A stretch of 64,000 bases of DNA, from positions 17,140 through 81,139 of the forward strand of contig JAHQWL010000096.1 of assembly GCA_029856155.1 (NCBI GenBank), in the 5' to 3' direction. A program made the position numbers and the translations under genes. The DNA comes from Promethearchaeia archaeon. GTDB lineage: Archaea > Asgardarchaeota > Lokiarchaeia > Sigyniarchaeales > SOKP01. The notes under the pieces are model-generated. The model did no database searches and was not told the origin of the DNA. It worked only from the letters and a program-made list of their open reading frames with translations. Shown here in pieces: positions 19,837 through 30,988 of this stretch (its first letter is position 1; the number at the start of each line of letters is the position of its first letter).

Positions 19837-20015
19837 GCTTAAATTTATAATTATTATAGGATGAATTAGGCATGAATTTCTTTAAAAATTTTAACATTTA
19901 GAGAATTCATTTTAGATCTCAACCTTTTTTTAATGATTAGGTACTTTTTAAACCTTATAAAGAGAGTTAAATTAATATTTAACAGAATAAAAATTGAATA
20001 TTAAACCGCTTAAAT

Positions 20016-21176
20016 TTAGACAATAAGATGAGCATCGTGCTCTTTTAAAGAATCTGTAAGAACCAAACATAGTTTCTCTAAAATTTTTACATCAATTTTG
20101 TCAATTGTATCATTAGGTGTATGCATATAAGCATATGATTCCACACCACCAATTCCAAATCCTTGAAGACCCCTATCTCCTAAAAAACCTCCATCGGAAT
20201 GCGTACCTAGAACCCTTTCTTTAGGGTAATGATTAATGGGAAGATTTCTTTTGTTATTCAAAAGTTTATGATCAATATCTTTAGCATGATCTCCTTCATT
20301 TTCTCCAGGCCATAATAAAACATACTTAGCTATGGATTCAAAATTAAATATTAGCGATTTGCTGGGATCAAAATTTACCAAATTATTATAAAAATGTCTA
20401 ATACCCATTGTTCCGCATTCCTCAGCTCCAGTAAAAAGAAACCATATATGATAGTTTTGTAATCTGTTTTCAGGAATGCAATAATAGTTTACCAGTTCTA
20501 AGTTGCATGCTATGCCAGAAGCATTATCAATTGCACCATTAGAACTGTTGTCCGTAGTGTTAAGAAGCATCAATATCGAGGAAAAAATATTAATTATTAA
20601 AGGAAATAGCCCGATAATATAAAATATTAGTTCAAATCCAATAATTATCAAATTTTTAAGAATTACAATGAATGTTAGAATAATTGATGAAGCGATCCAA
20701 AACTTAATTATTCTTATTCGGAATCCGACCTTGAATCTTTGTCCTTTAGAATCCACATGACTCACGAACAATGCAATTCTGCCAATATTTTTTATTTCAT
20801 TTGAAAAAGGTTTAATTTTTACTAGTAGATTTTGTGATTTGAATTTTGGTATGATTTGAATATTCTCTGGTTTTCTTGTAAAAATAATCGAAGTAATCAC
20901 AATTCCAAATAATGTAAGGATTATTATCGTAGAGTAAATCATAGATGTGTTCAAATAAAGGAGTAATAATATTAGCGAAACGGATAAAAATGTGATTTTA
21001 GGATATATTCTCGAATAAAACGAACTGAAAGTAAAACCTTGGACTTCAAATTGCAAATTAAGGTTTTCAATTTCTTCTATTATTTTATTAAATGCTTCAA
21101 ATTCAAATTTAGTTCCAGATAATCGAGGAAAAGCAAATTTTTTAAGATTTTTTTTAATTCGGGCTTCTTCAATCAT
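20016..21176 (-). CDS. M28 family membrane metallopeptidase
   Basis: SHVDS, GAIDNASG, TGAEECG, HSD and HTPNDT motifs; TM insertions. Confidence 0.88.
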   Translation of the reverse strand: MIEEARIKKNLKKFAFPRLSGTKFEFEAFNKIIEEIENLNLQFEVQGFTFSSFYSRIYPKITFLSVSLILLLLYLNTSMIYSTIIILTLFGIVITSIIFTRKPENIQIIPKFKSQNLLVKIKPFSNEIKNIGRIALFVSHVDSKGQRFKVGFRIRIIKFWIASSIILTFIVILKNLIIIGFELIFYIIGLFPLIINIFSSILMLLNTTDNSSNGAIDNASGIACNLELVNYYCIPENRLQNYHIWFLFTGAEECGTMGIRHFYNNLVNFDPSKSLIFNFESIAKYVLLWPGENEGDHAKDIDHKLLNNKRNLPINHYPKERVLGTHSDGGFLGDRGLQGFGIGGVESYAYMHTPNDTIDKIDVKILEKLCLVLTDSLKEHDAHLIV

Positions 21177-21419
21177 TTTAATCTTTTTCTATGGCTTCCA
21201 GCTTGTATTTTATTTAGAATATTTAAGTCCTAAATAACAGATGATATATACTCTACCCTTGATTGTTAATATTTAAATTATATTAGTTTATCTTTGATCC
21301 GTAAGATCATTTATATAAAAATGTGGGCTCTAATTAATAACTGGACTCCATTTTATTAATTAATAATAATTTATATGCCTTATTTAAAGAAGATATAAGA
21401 CAAATAAGGAGTTTTTAAA

Positions 21420-21884
21420 ATGAAAAAATTAGAATTAATGGATCTTATCAATACAGACCTTCCTAAAAATGAAATTTATCAAAGAATTATGGATTTTGTT
21501 AACCAATATCAAATTAAGATAAAAGAAATGAATAGCAAGGTAATAACGGGAATGTATGGCTCTAGGCTAAAAGCTCATACAAGAGGTATTCGTGCTGAGC
21601 CTTCAATTTTACCCGTTAAAATTTCAATTAAGTTGCATGATAGAGGGAACAGCACAGAATTACATGTTCTTTTGAAAAAAGGTTATATTGGAATAACTCC
21701 CCTAGGTATGGATAAGAAATATCTGATGATGCTTGCACGGTTAATGAATAATTTAAAATTGCAATTTTATCGAGAAATGTATCCAAAAGAAGAAATAAGT
21801 AAATGTAATAATTGTGGTACGGTTATTATTTACGAGAACCAAAGATTTTGTGAATTTTGTGGTATTGAATTAATTGATAATTAA
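21420..21884 (+). CDS. Hypothetical protein with C-terminal zinc ribbon
   Basis: CNNCG-x9-CEFCG. Confidence 0.75.
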   Translation: MKKLELMDLINTDLPKNEIYQRIMDFVNQYQIKIKEMNSKVITGMYGSRLKAHTRGIRAEPSILPVKISIKLHDRGNSTELHVLLKKGYIGITPLGMDKKYLMMLARLMNNLKLQFYREMYPKEEISKCNNCGTVIIYENQRFCEFCGIELIDN

Positions 21885-21990
21885 TATCGTATTAGTTGTT
21901 TTCTTTTTCTTTAAAGATGTATAAATGATTTATTAAACATTACAACGATTTCTAAAAAAAATTGGCTTTTAAAAATGTAATTTTAGAATT

Positions 21991-22590
21991 ATGTTCATGA
22001 TTATTGATCACTGTGACAAGACAATCAGTATAAAAATCGTGTATTTTGGGCCTGCTTATTCAGGTAAGACTACTTCTATTAAAGCTTTATTCTCTCACTT
22101 TGGTAAGGATGAAGCATTACAAAGTATCGAAAGTACAGTAAAAAGAACCTTATTTTTCGATTATGGAACAGTTACATTTCAAAATGAAGAATGGAAGTTG
22201 AAACTCCATATTTATACTACAACTGGCCAGGATTTCTATTTGATTACCAGACCGATCACCTTAAGAGCAGTTGATGGAATCATTCTCGTGTTAGATTCTC
22301 AAGAAGAAGTATATGAACGTAATCTTATTTCTTGGAATGAACTTATGTCATATTTTAGAGATAGTATTGATGATATTCCAATAATAATTGCATTTAACAA
22401 ACAAGATCTACCAGAGAAATTCAGTCCTGGAGATTTCTTAAAGGAAATTGATTTTCACAAATTTAAGAATATGGAATCAAAATATACTATTGCGGTTAGT
22501 GGAGAGGGAATACTTGATTGTTTTGAAGATGTACTGAGATTGATACTAAGGAAATTTTGTAAACATAGATTAGTTTCAGCTATAAATTGA
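21991..22590 (+). CDS. MglA-like small GTPase
   Basis: KIVYFGPAYSGKTT (G1), RTLFFD (MglA G2 with catalytic Arg), YTTTGQ (G3), NKQD (G4). Confidence 0.88.
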   Translation: MFMIIDHCDKTISIKIVYFGPAYSGKTTSIKALFSHFGKDEALQSIESTVKRTLFFDYGTVTFQNEEWKLKLHIYTTTGQDFYLITRPITLRAVDGIILVLDSQEEVYERNLISWNELMSYFRDSIDDIPIIIAFNKQDLPEKFSPGDFLKEIDFHKFKNMESKYTIAVSGEGILDCFEDVLRLILRKFCKHRLVSAIN

Positions 22591-22593
22591 CAC

Positions 22594-23514
22594 TTAATTT
22601 TCTGATCCAGAAGCTCGGTTAATGAAGTTTTTTATCCATTCAAATTTTGTAGGATTATGTTTCTTGGTTTCTTTAAGTAGTTTTTGAGCTTTTTCATTTT
22701 CAGGTTGAATTTCTAACAAGTAATTACAAAAATCTAATGTCATTTCATAGAACTCAAGCTCATAAGATATCAATGCCAACTCAAGTAAAGCTTTAATATC
22801 GGATGGATTTTCTAATACAACAGTATTAAGATTTTTATTAAGTTCCATATACCCTTTAATAAATTTCAACACTTTTTCTGCCGGTTCTATAAGATCTTCA
22901 TGCCCTTCACACGATATATCGATTTTTAACTCAAGTAATTTTTGCATTGATTTGAGATAAGCGTCTAAATTCCCTCCTTGAAAATTAATAGCTATTCCCG
23001 GCAGATCTCCACCAAAAAGAATCTTTTTACCACTTGTTTCTAAAAGATATGCTACAGATCCGGGAGTGTGTCCAGGAATGTGAATACATTTAAACTCATA
23101 ATTCCCAAATTTCAAAATCTCGTTATCATTTTTTATAATTCTATTAATTTTAATAGGTTCATATTTATAATCTGCATACATTTGAGCAATATTAGGATCT
23201 CTTATCTTTAGCTCATTATCTTCAGCATCTAGCTCGTGCGCATAAAATTTGATATCCTTGTTAAATTCTTTAAGTTTATTACAGACACCGTAATGGTCTA
23301 TATGCCCGTGTGTTATAAGACAGTGCTTAATATCTTTTAGATCAAATCCATCTTCTTCTATAACCCGCAGTAATTCAATGTCCATTCCTGCATCAATCAA
23401 GATTAAACCTTCATCACTTTTGGTGTCGACCATGTAAACACAGCACCCTGAACCATTAGGATCATATGGATTAACTATATAAACATTATCTAAAATATTT
23501 CTCATTTCTATCAC
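22594..23514 (-). CDS. MBL-fold hydrolase with C-terminal TPR
   Basis: THGHIDH, PGHTPG, GGD, EGH; C-terminal TPR-like helix pair. Confidence 0.85.
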   Translation of the reverse strand: MIEMRNILDNVYIVNPYDPNGSGCCVYMVDTKSDEGLILIDAGMDIELLRVIEEDGFDLKDIKHCLITHGHIDHYGVCNKLKEFNKDIKFYAHELDAEDNELKIRDPNIAQMYADYKYEPIKINRIIKNDNEILKFGNYEFKCIHIPGHTPGSVAYLLETSGKKILFGGDLPGIAINFQGGNLDAYLKSMQKLLELKIDISCEGHEDLIEPAEKVLKFIKGYMELNKNLNTVVLENPSDIKALLELALISYELEFYEMTLDFCNYLLEIQPENEKAQKLLKETKKHNPTKFEWIKNFINRASGSEN

Positions 23515-23705
23515 GAATAATATTGGAATATAAAGTGAATTTAAATATTTACTATTTTTAAAAATGTTTTGCTTAATGTAATTGTCATGTAGAAATATTT
23601 ATGCTATTATATTTACAATTTCTAACATTTAAGTAGAATAAATCTTTCTTCGTTTTAATTTCAAACTACTAAAAATGATAGAAGTTTATTATAATAGTGG
23701 TTTTC

Positions 23706-23858
23706 GTGAAGTTTATTGAAGAACCTTGTGAGTGATCTAGAACTTGCCTTATAAAATGCCCTTATATAGAAATCTCAGCAGAAAAAGCTATACGTAAAGA
23801 TAAAGTTATAGTTAAAAACGGGAAAATTCAACAAATACAATTTATCATTAGGGAGTAG
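23706..23858 (+). pseudogene. Decayed N-terminus of a 4Fe-4S (ferredoxin-motif) oxidoreductase
   Basis: GTG-KFIEEP-C-E-*-S-R-T-C-L-I-K-CPY: a CxxCxxCxxxCP motif with a Cys->Ser change and an in-frame TGA at 23733. Confidence 0.55.
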
Positions 23859-23924
23859 GTTTTTATAAAAAATGTATTGTTTAACCAATTATTTATATTT
23901 ATATTTAAAATTAAGTGATTAATT

Positions 23925-24515
23925 ATGAGTTTAAAATTAGAAGATGTTAAAAAAGAAGATAGAGGAATTCTTGCTCCATGTGGTATTGTCTGTTTAGGAT
24001 GTGATACTTATACTGGAGAAGGGTTAGAAGCGGCAAAAAAACTTAAAAGTATTTGGGAAGGAGGAAATATGGTAGATACTAGTATGGCAATTGGATTAAA
24101 TCCTGAAGAAATAAACGTTACCTTAGAGACAATAAATAAATTCATTAAAGTCAGTGATAAAGGAAAGTGTCCTGGATGTTATATCGGAGGGTTTGCATCA
24201 CAATTTTGTGGTATTGCGAAATGTGTTAAAGCCAAAGGGTACTGGACATGTGCTGAATGTGATGATTATGATCCCTCAGCAGAACCTCCTTGTCCAAATG
24301 AAGATCCTAATCCCGTACCAATGGCAAATAAAGCTCAAATGACTAATATGATTTGTATGAGATATAGTAGAGATACATGTAATAATTTGAAAAGATGTCG
24401 TGATATTGGTTATGATGCCTTTATTAAGGAAGCTAGAAAAAAGGTTGAAAATGGTTGGAGAACTTGGCAAGTCATCAGTGATGAGATGGTTTTTACAAAA
24501 GCATTCAAAAAATAG
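23925..24515 (+). CDS. DUF3795-like Cys-rich protein
   Basis: APCGIVCLGC...CPGC...CGIAKCV..KG...CAEC..PC. Confidence 0.8.
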   Translation: MSLKLEDVKKEDRGILAPCGIVCLGCDTYTGEGLEAAKKLKSIWEGGNMVDTSMAIGLNPEEINVTLETINKFIKVSDKGKCPGCYIGGFASQFCGIAKCVKAKGYWTCAECDDYDPSAEPPCPNEDPNPVPMANKAQMTNMICMRYSRDTCNNLKRCRDIGYDAFIKEARKKVENGWRTWQVISDEMVFTKAFKK

Positions 24516-24986
24516 TTATAAAACTCGAACTTCCGATTGTTGTTGAAGGGTTTTTATTGGTCTTAAAACTACGCATACTCTCTCAACACTTTTTACATCT
24601 GCACGGGCACGAAATGATTCTATTAACGCATCTAGCTCAGTTATTTCAGGTACATTGACTTTTATTAAAACACCACATTCTCCCGCGAGAAAATAAACCT
24701 CCTCACATTGAGGTAGAATTTGGGCTTCTCTTAATAATTCTTTTGTCTCAGCTAAGCTCTTTGGAATAAGTGTGAGGAATACTATAATGCATCTCTCATC
24801 TTCGCGACAAATCTTTATAGTAAACTTTTCAATTACCCCTTCTTCTTGCAGTTTGATAACTCGTTTTCTTACAGTCGATTCAGATAATTGTATTTTTTCA
24901 TCTGCTGCTATTTCGTGATATGGTCTTCTAGAATCCGCAAGAAGCATTTCAAGGATTCTTTTATCCTTATCATCTAAATTTTTCAT
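24516..24986 (-). CDS. Lrp/AsnC family transcriptional regulator
   Basis: LDDKDKRIL..L..DSR...EIA...LSESTVRKRV..L..EGVI HTH plus C-terminal RAM domain. Confidence 0.92.
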   Translation of the reverse strand: MKNLDDKDKRILEMLLADSRRPYHEIAADEKIQLSESTVRKRVIKLQEEGVIEKFTIKICREDERCIIVFLTLIPKSLAETKELLREAQILPQCEEVYFLAGECGVLIKVNVPEITELDALIESFRARADVKSVERVCVVLRPIKTLQQQSEVRVL

Positions 24987-25082
24987 TTTTATTCATTCTT
25001 ATATTTTTTTTTTACTAAATTCAAAAAAAATTATATTCTAAATTTAAAGAAAATTATAATTTTCTATTAAGTATTGTTGATA

Positions 25083-26015
25083 TCAAAAATCTTTGAGAAG
25101 TGGTCCAAATAACCTTTCGTAGTGGACTGCCATGCAATGAATACCTGCGGCTTTAGTAGTTTTCTTGATTTCTTTAATAAATGGTTCGTAAAATTCTAGA
25201 TTAATTTTATCGATCGCAGCATATTTTTCTTGTTTATCTTTTATTTTTTTAGTTGCCTTTAGAGCATTTAAAAAATCTTTGGGAACAGAAACACCAGGAA
25301 TATATTCATTAAAATACCACGCAATCCCATAGTTTTTTATTGGAAACAACCCAAGTAAAATTGGAGTATTATATTTTTCTAATTCCTTTAGAAACTCCTT
25401 AGCATCATCAATATCAAATGAAGTTTGGGTTTGAATGAAATCTGCTCCTATTTCTACCTTTCTCCCAACTTTTAAAATTTCTGGCTCTCTTGGATTTGAA
25501 TTTGGATTTGCAGCACAACCAACGTTTATTTGCGGTTTTCCTCCTACTATCTCATTTCCTTCTAAATCAGTTCCTTCATCAACCATTTTTGAAACGAGAT
25601 CTATCAATTGAGTAGAATCTAGATCATATACAGGTCTAGCATTTTGGTGATCTCCAAGGGCAGAATGATCACCTGTTAATGCAAGTAGATTTTTAAGACC
25701 GAGAATTGCACCACCTAAAATATCACCAAATAGAGCAATTCTATTTCTATCTCGAACAGTCATCTGCCAGATAGCTTCTAATCCGACTTTTTCTTGAACT
25801 AGATAGCAAGGAACCATGGAACATGTATAAGCATCTCCTTGAGGACCATCTGTAACATTAGCGGCAACGATTTTTCCAGTATTTTTCATTGCTTCTGCAG
25901 ACTTCAGAACATGTGTTAAATCAAAATCTTTTTCAGGTTCTAATTCGCCAGTGAATACAAATTTTCCTTCTTTAATATTCTTTACTAAATTACTATAAGC
26001 GGGTCTTTTTGGCAT
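25083..26015 (-). CDS. metF: Methylenetetrahydrofolate reductase MetF (copy 2, in hdr cluster)
   Basis: TGELEP, ANVTDGP, QMTVRDRN, LTGDH, DLDS, AANP, FIQTQ; start reset to ATG 26015 just after the metV stop. Confidence 0.9.
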   Translation of the reverse strand: MPKRPAYSNLVKNIKEGKFVFTGELEPEKDFDLTHVLKSAEAMKNTGKIVAANVTDGPQGDAYTCSMVPCYLVQEKVGLEAIWQMTVRDRNRIALFGDILGGAILGLKNLLALTGDHSALGDHQNARPVYDLDSTQLIDLVSKMVDEGTDLEGNEIVGGKPQINVGCAANPNSNPREPEILKVGRKVEIGADFIQTQTSFDIDDAKEFLKELEKYNTPILLGLFPIKNYGIAWYFNEYIPGVSVPKDFLNALKATKKIKDKQEKYAAIDKINLEFYEPFIKEIKKTTKAAGIHCMAVHYERLFGPLLKDF

Positions 26016-26016
26016 T

Positions 26017-26715
26017 TTATACTTTCTCCTCCTTTTTCGGTTCTTCCACATTTGAACTTGGTTCATAAATATGTAAAAATCGTGGACTCGACCATATGCG
26101 GTAATTACGTGGTGGTCTATATGTTGTAAATAGATCTAATCTGTTAAATTTCTTCAGACGTTCCCACATTTTCACCCAAGCACAATCATATATATATCCT
26201 CCAACTTCACATTTACCATCGACTTGTCCTCCACAAGGACCGTTACTCAGGTTTTTAGCACACCCCGCCATCGGACAAATACCTCCTGTAACTCCAAGTA
26301 AACAATCCCCACATGTTTCGCAATATTCAGCAAAATAATTTTCTCCATTATTCTCTACACCTCCAAACATACTATTTTGTGCTGGAAAAGTGAGAATTGT
26401 AGGAATGATTCTATTTAACATTCCTACGCCTAAACCACATGCTAATGAAACAATTGCATCATACTCTTCAATAAACGGTCTTAATGTTGTAGCAGCAATT
26501 CTGTCATCACATTGTCTTAAAACTGTGATGGCTTTCCATTTTAAATCTTTTCCATTACTCCTTGCTTTTAATTCTAACATTTGTGCTAATACTTTTGCTT
26601 CATTAATTGAACGTGGAGGTTGACAACATCCATCACAACCAGCCACTAGAATTTTTGAATATGGTTTTATCATTTCATATATTTCTTCAATATCTTTTTG
26701 TTTAGTTATAATCAT
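26017..26715 (-). CDS. metV: MTHFR small Fe-S subunit MetV (copy 2)
   Basis: MIITKQK, GCDGC, RQCD, ACGLG, CETCGDC..GICP..CAKNLSNGPCGG..KCEV..CAW. Confidence 0.88.
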   Translation of the reverse strand: MIITKQKDIEEIYEMIKPYSKILVAGCDGCCQPPRSINEAKVLAQMLELKARSNGKDLKWKAITVLRQCDDRIAATTLRPFIEEYDAIVSLACGLGVGMLNRIIPTILTFPAQNSMFGGVENNGENYFAEYCETCGDCLLGVTGGICPMAGCAKNLSNGPCGGQVDGKCEVGGYIYDCAWVKMWERLKKFNRLDLFTTYRPPRNYRIWSSPRFLHIYEPSSNVEEPKKEEKV

Positions 26716-26753
26716 TTTAAAAAACTCTTAATTTTATTAATTTGATAATTAAA

Positions 26754-29700
26754 TCATTTTGTTATAAGAATTTCTTCTTTTTTATAGTCATTTTCAATAG
26801 GACCTAACTTTTTTAATTTTTCGGTCAACCCTGTAATGGTTTCAGCAAATAATTTCCCTTCACTCGCAGAGATCCATTTTCGCATGAACCTTTCTGGATT
26901 GATTCCAAGAGATTCTAATATTTTTTCAATTTCATTAGTTCTTCTTAAAGCATCTTGATTTCCCGCGATGTAGTGGCAATCGCCGAGATGGCATCCACCA
27001 ACAAAAACACCATCAGCACCTTCTAAAAATGCTTGCAATATGAAGCTCTTTGGAATACCACCAGAACACATAACCCTTATTGTCCTTATATTTGGAGGAT
27101 ATTGATACCGACTTACTCCAGCTAAATCAGCACCGGCATAACTACACCAGTTACAGAGAAAAGCAACAATTCTTGGTCGTCCATCTGAAAGTGAAGTTTT
27201 TGCAGCTTCAGTTATCATTGGTTCAATTTGAATACGTCCGAAGTGACTCATTGTTATAGCTTCTGCGGGACATTCAGCAGCACAATCTCCACAACCTTTG
27301 CAAAGTAAAGGATTAACTTCAGAGATCATTAAACCTTCTTCATATTTTACACCAATTGCACCATAATTACAAACTTCAGCACATCTATTACAACCAATAC
27401 ATAAAGCAGGATCAACCTTAGAAATGATACCTTCAGTTATTAAGATATCTTTAGATAAAATTGTGGTGGCTCTAGAGGCGGCAGACATTGCTTGTGCTAT
27501 ACTTTCACTTATTGTTGCAGTTCCACGAGCAGTACCACATAAAAAGATACCATCAGTAGCGAAATCTGATGGTCGGAGCTTTACGTGAGCCTCTAAGAAA
27601 AAATTATCATCATTGATAGGAACCTTCAACATTTTTGCTATATTTTCGTTTATTTCGCCATCAGCAACTATACCGGCGCTTAGAGCGACTAAATCCGCAT
27701 TTATCTTGATATTTCCAATATCCGGTTTATCTATATAAATAGCTAATTTACCATTTTCTAGCTTTATTTCTGGAGGTTTATCATCTTTAAACCTAAGAAA
27801 AATTACTCCTTTTTCTCTTGCTAAATTATAATATTTTTCTTTAAAACCATAAGTTCTTATATCTCTATATAGAACAGTGATATTAAGATTTGGATTAATT
27901 TCTTTTGCTTTTAATGCATTTTTAATGGCTTCACTACAGCATATTCTACTACAATAAGGATGCTCTTCATTCCTTGATCCAACACACTGGATCATTACGA
28001 CTGATTTTAGATCATTAATTTTTTCTTCTTCAGTAAAGAGAATTTTCTCAAGTTCTGATTGTAATATAACTCTATTATCATTATCAAAAAGAAATTCATT
28101 ATTTTTAGGTTGATATTCCTGAGCTCCCGTAGCAACTATAATAATACCGTGCTGGAATTCTTTCTTTTGTTTCTCTTTACCATAAGTAATTTTGGTTGTA
28201 AAATTACAAACATATCCTCCTATTGAACTAATTTTAGCATTTAGAAATACATTAATGAGCTTATGATCGTTAACTTTCTTAATTAAATCTTCAAGAAATT
28301 CTTGAACGTCATAATTTTCTATAGTTTGATAAATATTATTAGAAAAACCCCCTAATTTTTCACTTTTCTCTACGAGGAACACTTCAAATCCTTGATTTGC
28401 AAGGTTTAAAGCTGCTGACATCCCAGAAACACCTCCTCCAATTACCATTCCCTTGTGAATTACTTCTACTTGTTGTTCTTGAAGAGGGACTAATTTTCGA
28501 GCTTTTGCAACAGCCATTCTCACTAAATCCTTTGCTTTTTCTGTTGCTTTCTCTGGTTCATGCATATGTACCCATGAACATTGATCACGTATATTTGCTA
28601 AATCGAAGAGATATTTATTCAAACCTGCCTCTCTAATGGTTTCTTGAAATAATGGTTCATGAGTTCTTGGTGTACATGAAGCAACTATTACTCTATTTAA
28701 ATTATACTCTTTGATTTTTTCTTTAATATTAGTTTGAGTATCAGCAGAGCATGTATATAAATTTCTTTCTGCGTAAATTACATCATGTAATTGATTTGCA
28801 TATTCGACAACTTCAGGAACATCTACAACTCCTCCAATATTAATGCCACAATGACATATAAAGACACCGATGCGAGGTGGTTCTCCACTTGTATCAATTT
28901 CTTTTGGTAATTCTTTTTCAGTGATTAATGTGTTCCTAACATCAGATAAAAGAATATTCACTGCACCTGCGGCAGCACTCGCCTCCACAACTGTTTCTGG
29001 AATATCTTTAGGTTCTGAAATCATACCACATACATAAATTCCTTCTCTGGATGTCTCTACGGGGGAGAATGGTTTTGTCTTACAGAAATCATAATCATTC
29101 AATTCAATATTTAATTTTTTTGCTAACTCTTTTGTGCTATGATTTGGTAAAGCTCCTACTGCTAAAACAACTAAATTAAAAACCTCACTAACTACTTTTC
29201 CATCTTCATTTTCAAAATGAAGTAATAGATCTTTTGTTTCAGGTATTTCCTTAGTATCCGAAATTCTACTTCTAATATATCTTATACCATATTCATTTTG
29301 AGCACGTTCAATATATTTATCGAAATCTTTTCCAACAGCTCTCACATCCATTGAAAAAATCGTGGGTTCAATAATTTCCATATGTTCTTTCGCAATTACA
29401 GCTTCTTTAGCGGTATACATACAACAAACTGAAGAACAATATTCTGCACCATGTTTTTTATCCCTAGACCCTACACATTGTAGGAATGCTACTTTTTTTG
29501 GAATTATTCCGTCTGACGGTCTGAGGATAAGCCCCGAATGAGGACCACTTGCGCTTAAAATCCGTTCAAATTCAATACTAGTGACTACATTCAAATATTT
29601 ACTGTATCCATATTGTTGGGTAAGACTAGGGTCATATTCATCAAACCCAAGTGCTAAAACAATAGCTCCAACATTCAGAGTAGTAAATTTATCTTCAAGA

Positions 29701-30215
29701 GTGTAATCTATTGCTTTAGCTTTACAAACTCCTTTACAAAAACCACATCCTATACATATTTCTTGGTCTATCGAAAAAACCAATGGAACTGCTTGTGGAA
29801 ATTTTACAGATATTGCTGCTCTATTTGATAATCCTTCATTAAAGAAATCGATTGCCTCTACAGGACATTCTTGTGCGCACACCCCACAACCAGTACACTT
29901 CTCTTGATCTAATAACAACGTATTTTGTCGCAGATCTACAGAAAAATTTCCGGGATTTCCTTCAATTTTTTCTAAAGTGGTATTAATTAAAAGTGTAATA
30001 TTTTCATGACGCCCCGCAGCAACTAATTTAGGAGCGAGGATACATATAGAACAATCATTCGTAGGAAAAGTTTTATCTAATTGAGACATAACACCTCCTA
30101 TACTCATTGAAGATTCAATTAAATAAACTTTAAAGCCTGAGTCTGCCAAATCCATTGAAGCTTGGATACCTGCTATTCCTCCTCCTATTACTAGAACTGC
30201 ACCAATTTTTTCCAT
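26754..30215 (-). CDS. hdrA: Heterodisulfide reductase subunit A-like protein: two FAD modules fused to C-terminal MvhD
   Basis: [16 protein letters not shown], ferredoxin insert, [22 protein letters not shown], second GGGVSG module, ferredoxin, then [25 protein letters not shown]. Confidence 0.93.
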   Translation of the reverse strand: MEKIGAVLVIGGGIAGIQASMDLADSGFKVYLIESSMSIGGVMSQLDKTFPTNDCSICILAPKLVAAGRHENITLLINTTLEKIEGNPGNFSVDLRQNTLLLDQEKCTGCGVCAQECPVEAIDFFNEGLSNRAAISVKFPQAVPLVFSIDQEICIGCGFCKGVCKAKAIDYTLEDKFTTLNVGAIVLALGFDEYDPSLTQQYGYSKYLNVVTSIEFERILSASGPHSGLILRPSDGIIPKKVAFLQCVGSRDKKHGAEYCSSVCCMYTAKEAVIAKEHMEIIEPTIFSMDVRAVGKDFDKYIERAQNEYGIRYIRSRISDTKEIPETKDLLLHFENEDGKVVSEVFNLVVLAVGALPNHSTKELAKKLNIELNDYDFCKTKPFSPVETSREGIYVCGMISEPKDIPETVVEASAAAGAVNILLSDVRNTLITEKELPKEIDTSGEPPRIGVFICHCGINIGGVVDVPEVVEYANQLHDVIYAERNLYTCSADTQTNIKEKIKEYNLNRVIVASCTPRTHEPLFQETIREAGLNKYLFDLANIRDQCSWVHMHEPEKATEKAKDLVRMAVAKARKLVPLQEQQVEVIHKGMVIGGGVSGMSAALNLANQGFEVFLVEKSEKLGGFSNNIYQTIENYDVQEFLEDLIKKVNDHKLINVFLNAKISSIGGYVCNFTTKITYGKEKQKKEFQHGIIIVATGAQEYQPKNNEFLFDNDNRVILQSELEKILFTEEEKINDLKSVVMIQCVGSRNEEHPYCSRICCSEAIKNALKAKEINPNLNITVLYRDIRTYGFKEKYYNLAREKGVIFLRFKDDKPPEIKLENGKLAIYIDKPDIGNIKINADLVALSAGIVADGEINENIAKMLKVPINDDNFFLEAHVKLRPSDFATDGIFLCGTARGTATISESIAQAMSAASRATTILSKDILITEGIISKVDPALCIGCNRCAEVCNYGAIGVKYEEGLMISEVNPLLCKGCGDCAAECPAEAITMSHFGRIQIEPMITEAAKTSLSDGRPRIVAFLCNWCSYAGADLAGVSRYQYPPNIRTIRVMCSGGIPKSFILQAFLEGADGVFVGGCHLGDCHYIAGNQDALRRTNEIEKILESLGINPERFMRKWISASEGKLFAETITGLTEKLKKLGPIENDYKKEEILITK

Positions 30216-30217
30216 CT

Positions 30218-30988
30218 TTAAACCTCTTTAATTGATATAAAAGTGGGAATTTCCTCATTTATTTGATCAACATCAACTAAACCTCGAGCTCGAAGAGTTA
30301 CAATATGTCGTAATACTTTGTGAGATTCAACACCAATTTCCTTTGCAATATCAGGGACAGATTTACCTTCTTTCTTAATTTTTTCTAAAATTTTATGACG
30401 AATAATTTCATTTTCAATAGCATTATCAAGTATTTCCTCAAATTCTTCTATTGGTATTATTTCTCCATATACATTTCCATCTGTGGTTAATTCTCGTTGC
30501 CTAGCAACTAAAGCTCTTAACCTTGAATCACATAGGGCAAATTTAACAGCATTTAGATTATCAATTATTTCTTTCTTTACATTATTATTTTTAACTGGAG
30601 ATGGTCCCAATTTACGGATATGATCAGTAAAATCACTAACTATTTGAGCAAATCTATTTCCTTCTGCTGCAGAAACCCAATCAAGTCGAACTCGATCAGA
30701 GAAATCTATCATTGATAATGTTTTACTTAACATTTTCATTTTTATTTCTGCTTCATAATTACCGCTTATATAATGACAATCTCCCAAATGGCATCCTAAA
30801 ACAAGTACTCCATCAATCCCATTCATAAATGCTTCAGCTATAAATACGGGATCAACTCTTCCAGAACACATAACTCGAATAACTCTGACATTTGTTGGGT
30901 ATTGGATTCGACTAACACCTGCTAAGTCTGCTCCAGCATAAGAGCACCAATTACATAAAAAACCTAAAATTTTTGGTTCAAATACCAT
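30218..30988 (-). CDS. mvhD: MvhD/FlpD [2Fe-2S] subunit with C-terminal winged-helix extension
   Basis: [33 protein letters not shown]; tail [29 protein letters not shown]. Confidence 0.92.
   Translation of the reverse strand: MVFEPKILGFLCNWCSYAGADLAGVSRIQYPTNVRVIRVMCSGRVDPVFIAEAFMNGIDGVLVLGCHLGDCHYISGNYEAEIKMKMLSKTLSMIDFSDRVRLDWVSAAEGNRFAQIVSDFTDHIRKLGPSPVKNNNVKKEIIDNLNAVKFALCDSRLRALVARQRELTTDGNVYGEIIPIEEFEEILDNAIENEIIRHKILEKIKKEGKSVPDIAKEIGVESHKVLRHIVTLRARGLVDVDQINEEIPTFISIKEV

Noticed and set aside
23733-23735. In-frame TGA inside a ferredoxin-like motif as possible selenocysteine
   Set aside because: The TGA is at a spacer position, not a Cys position, the neighbouring ligand is Ser, and the frame ends after 50 codons. 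Ordinary pseudogene decay is the better explanation.
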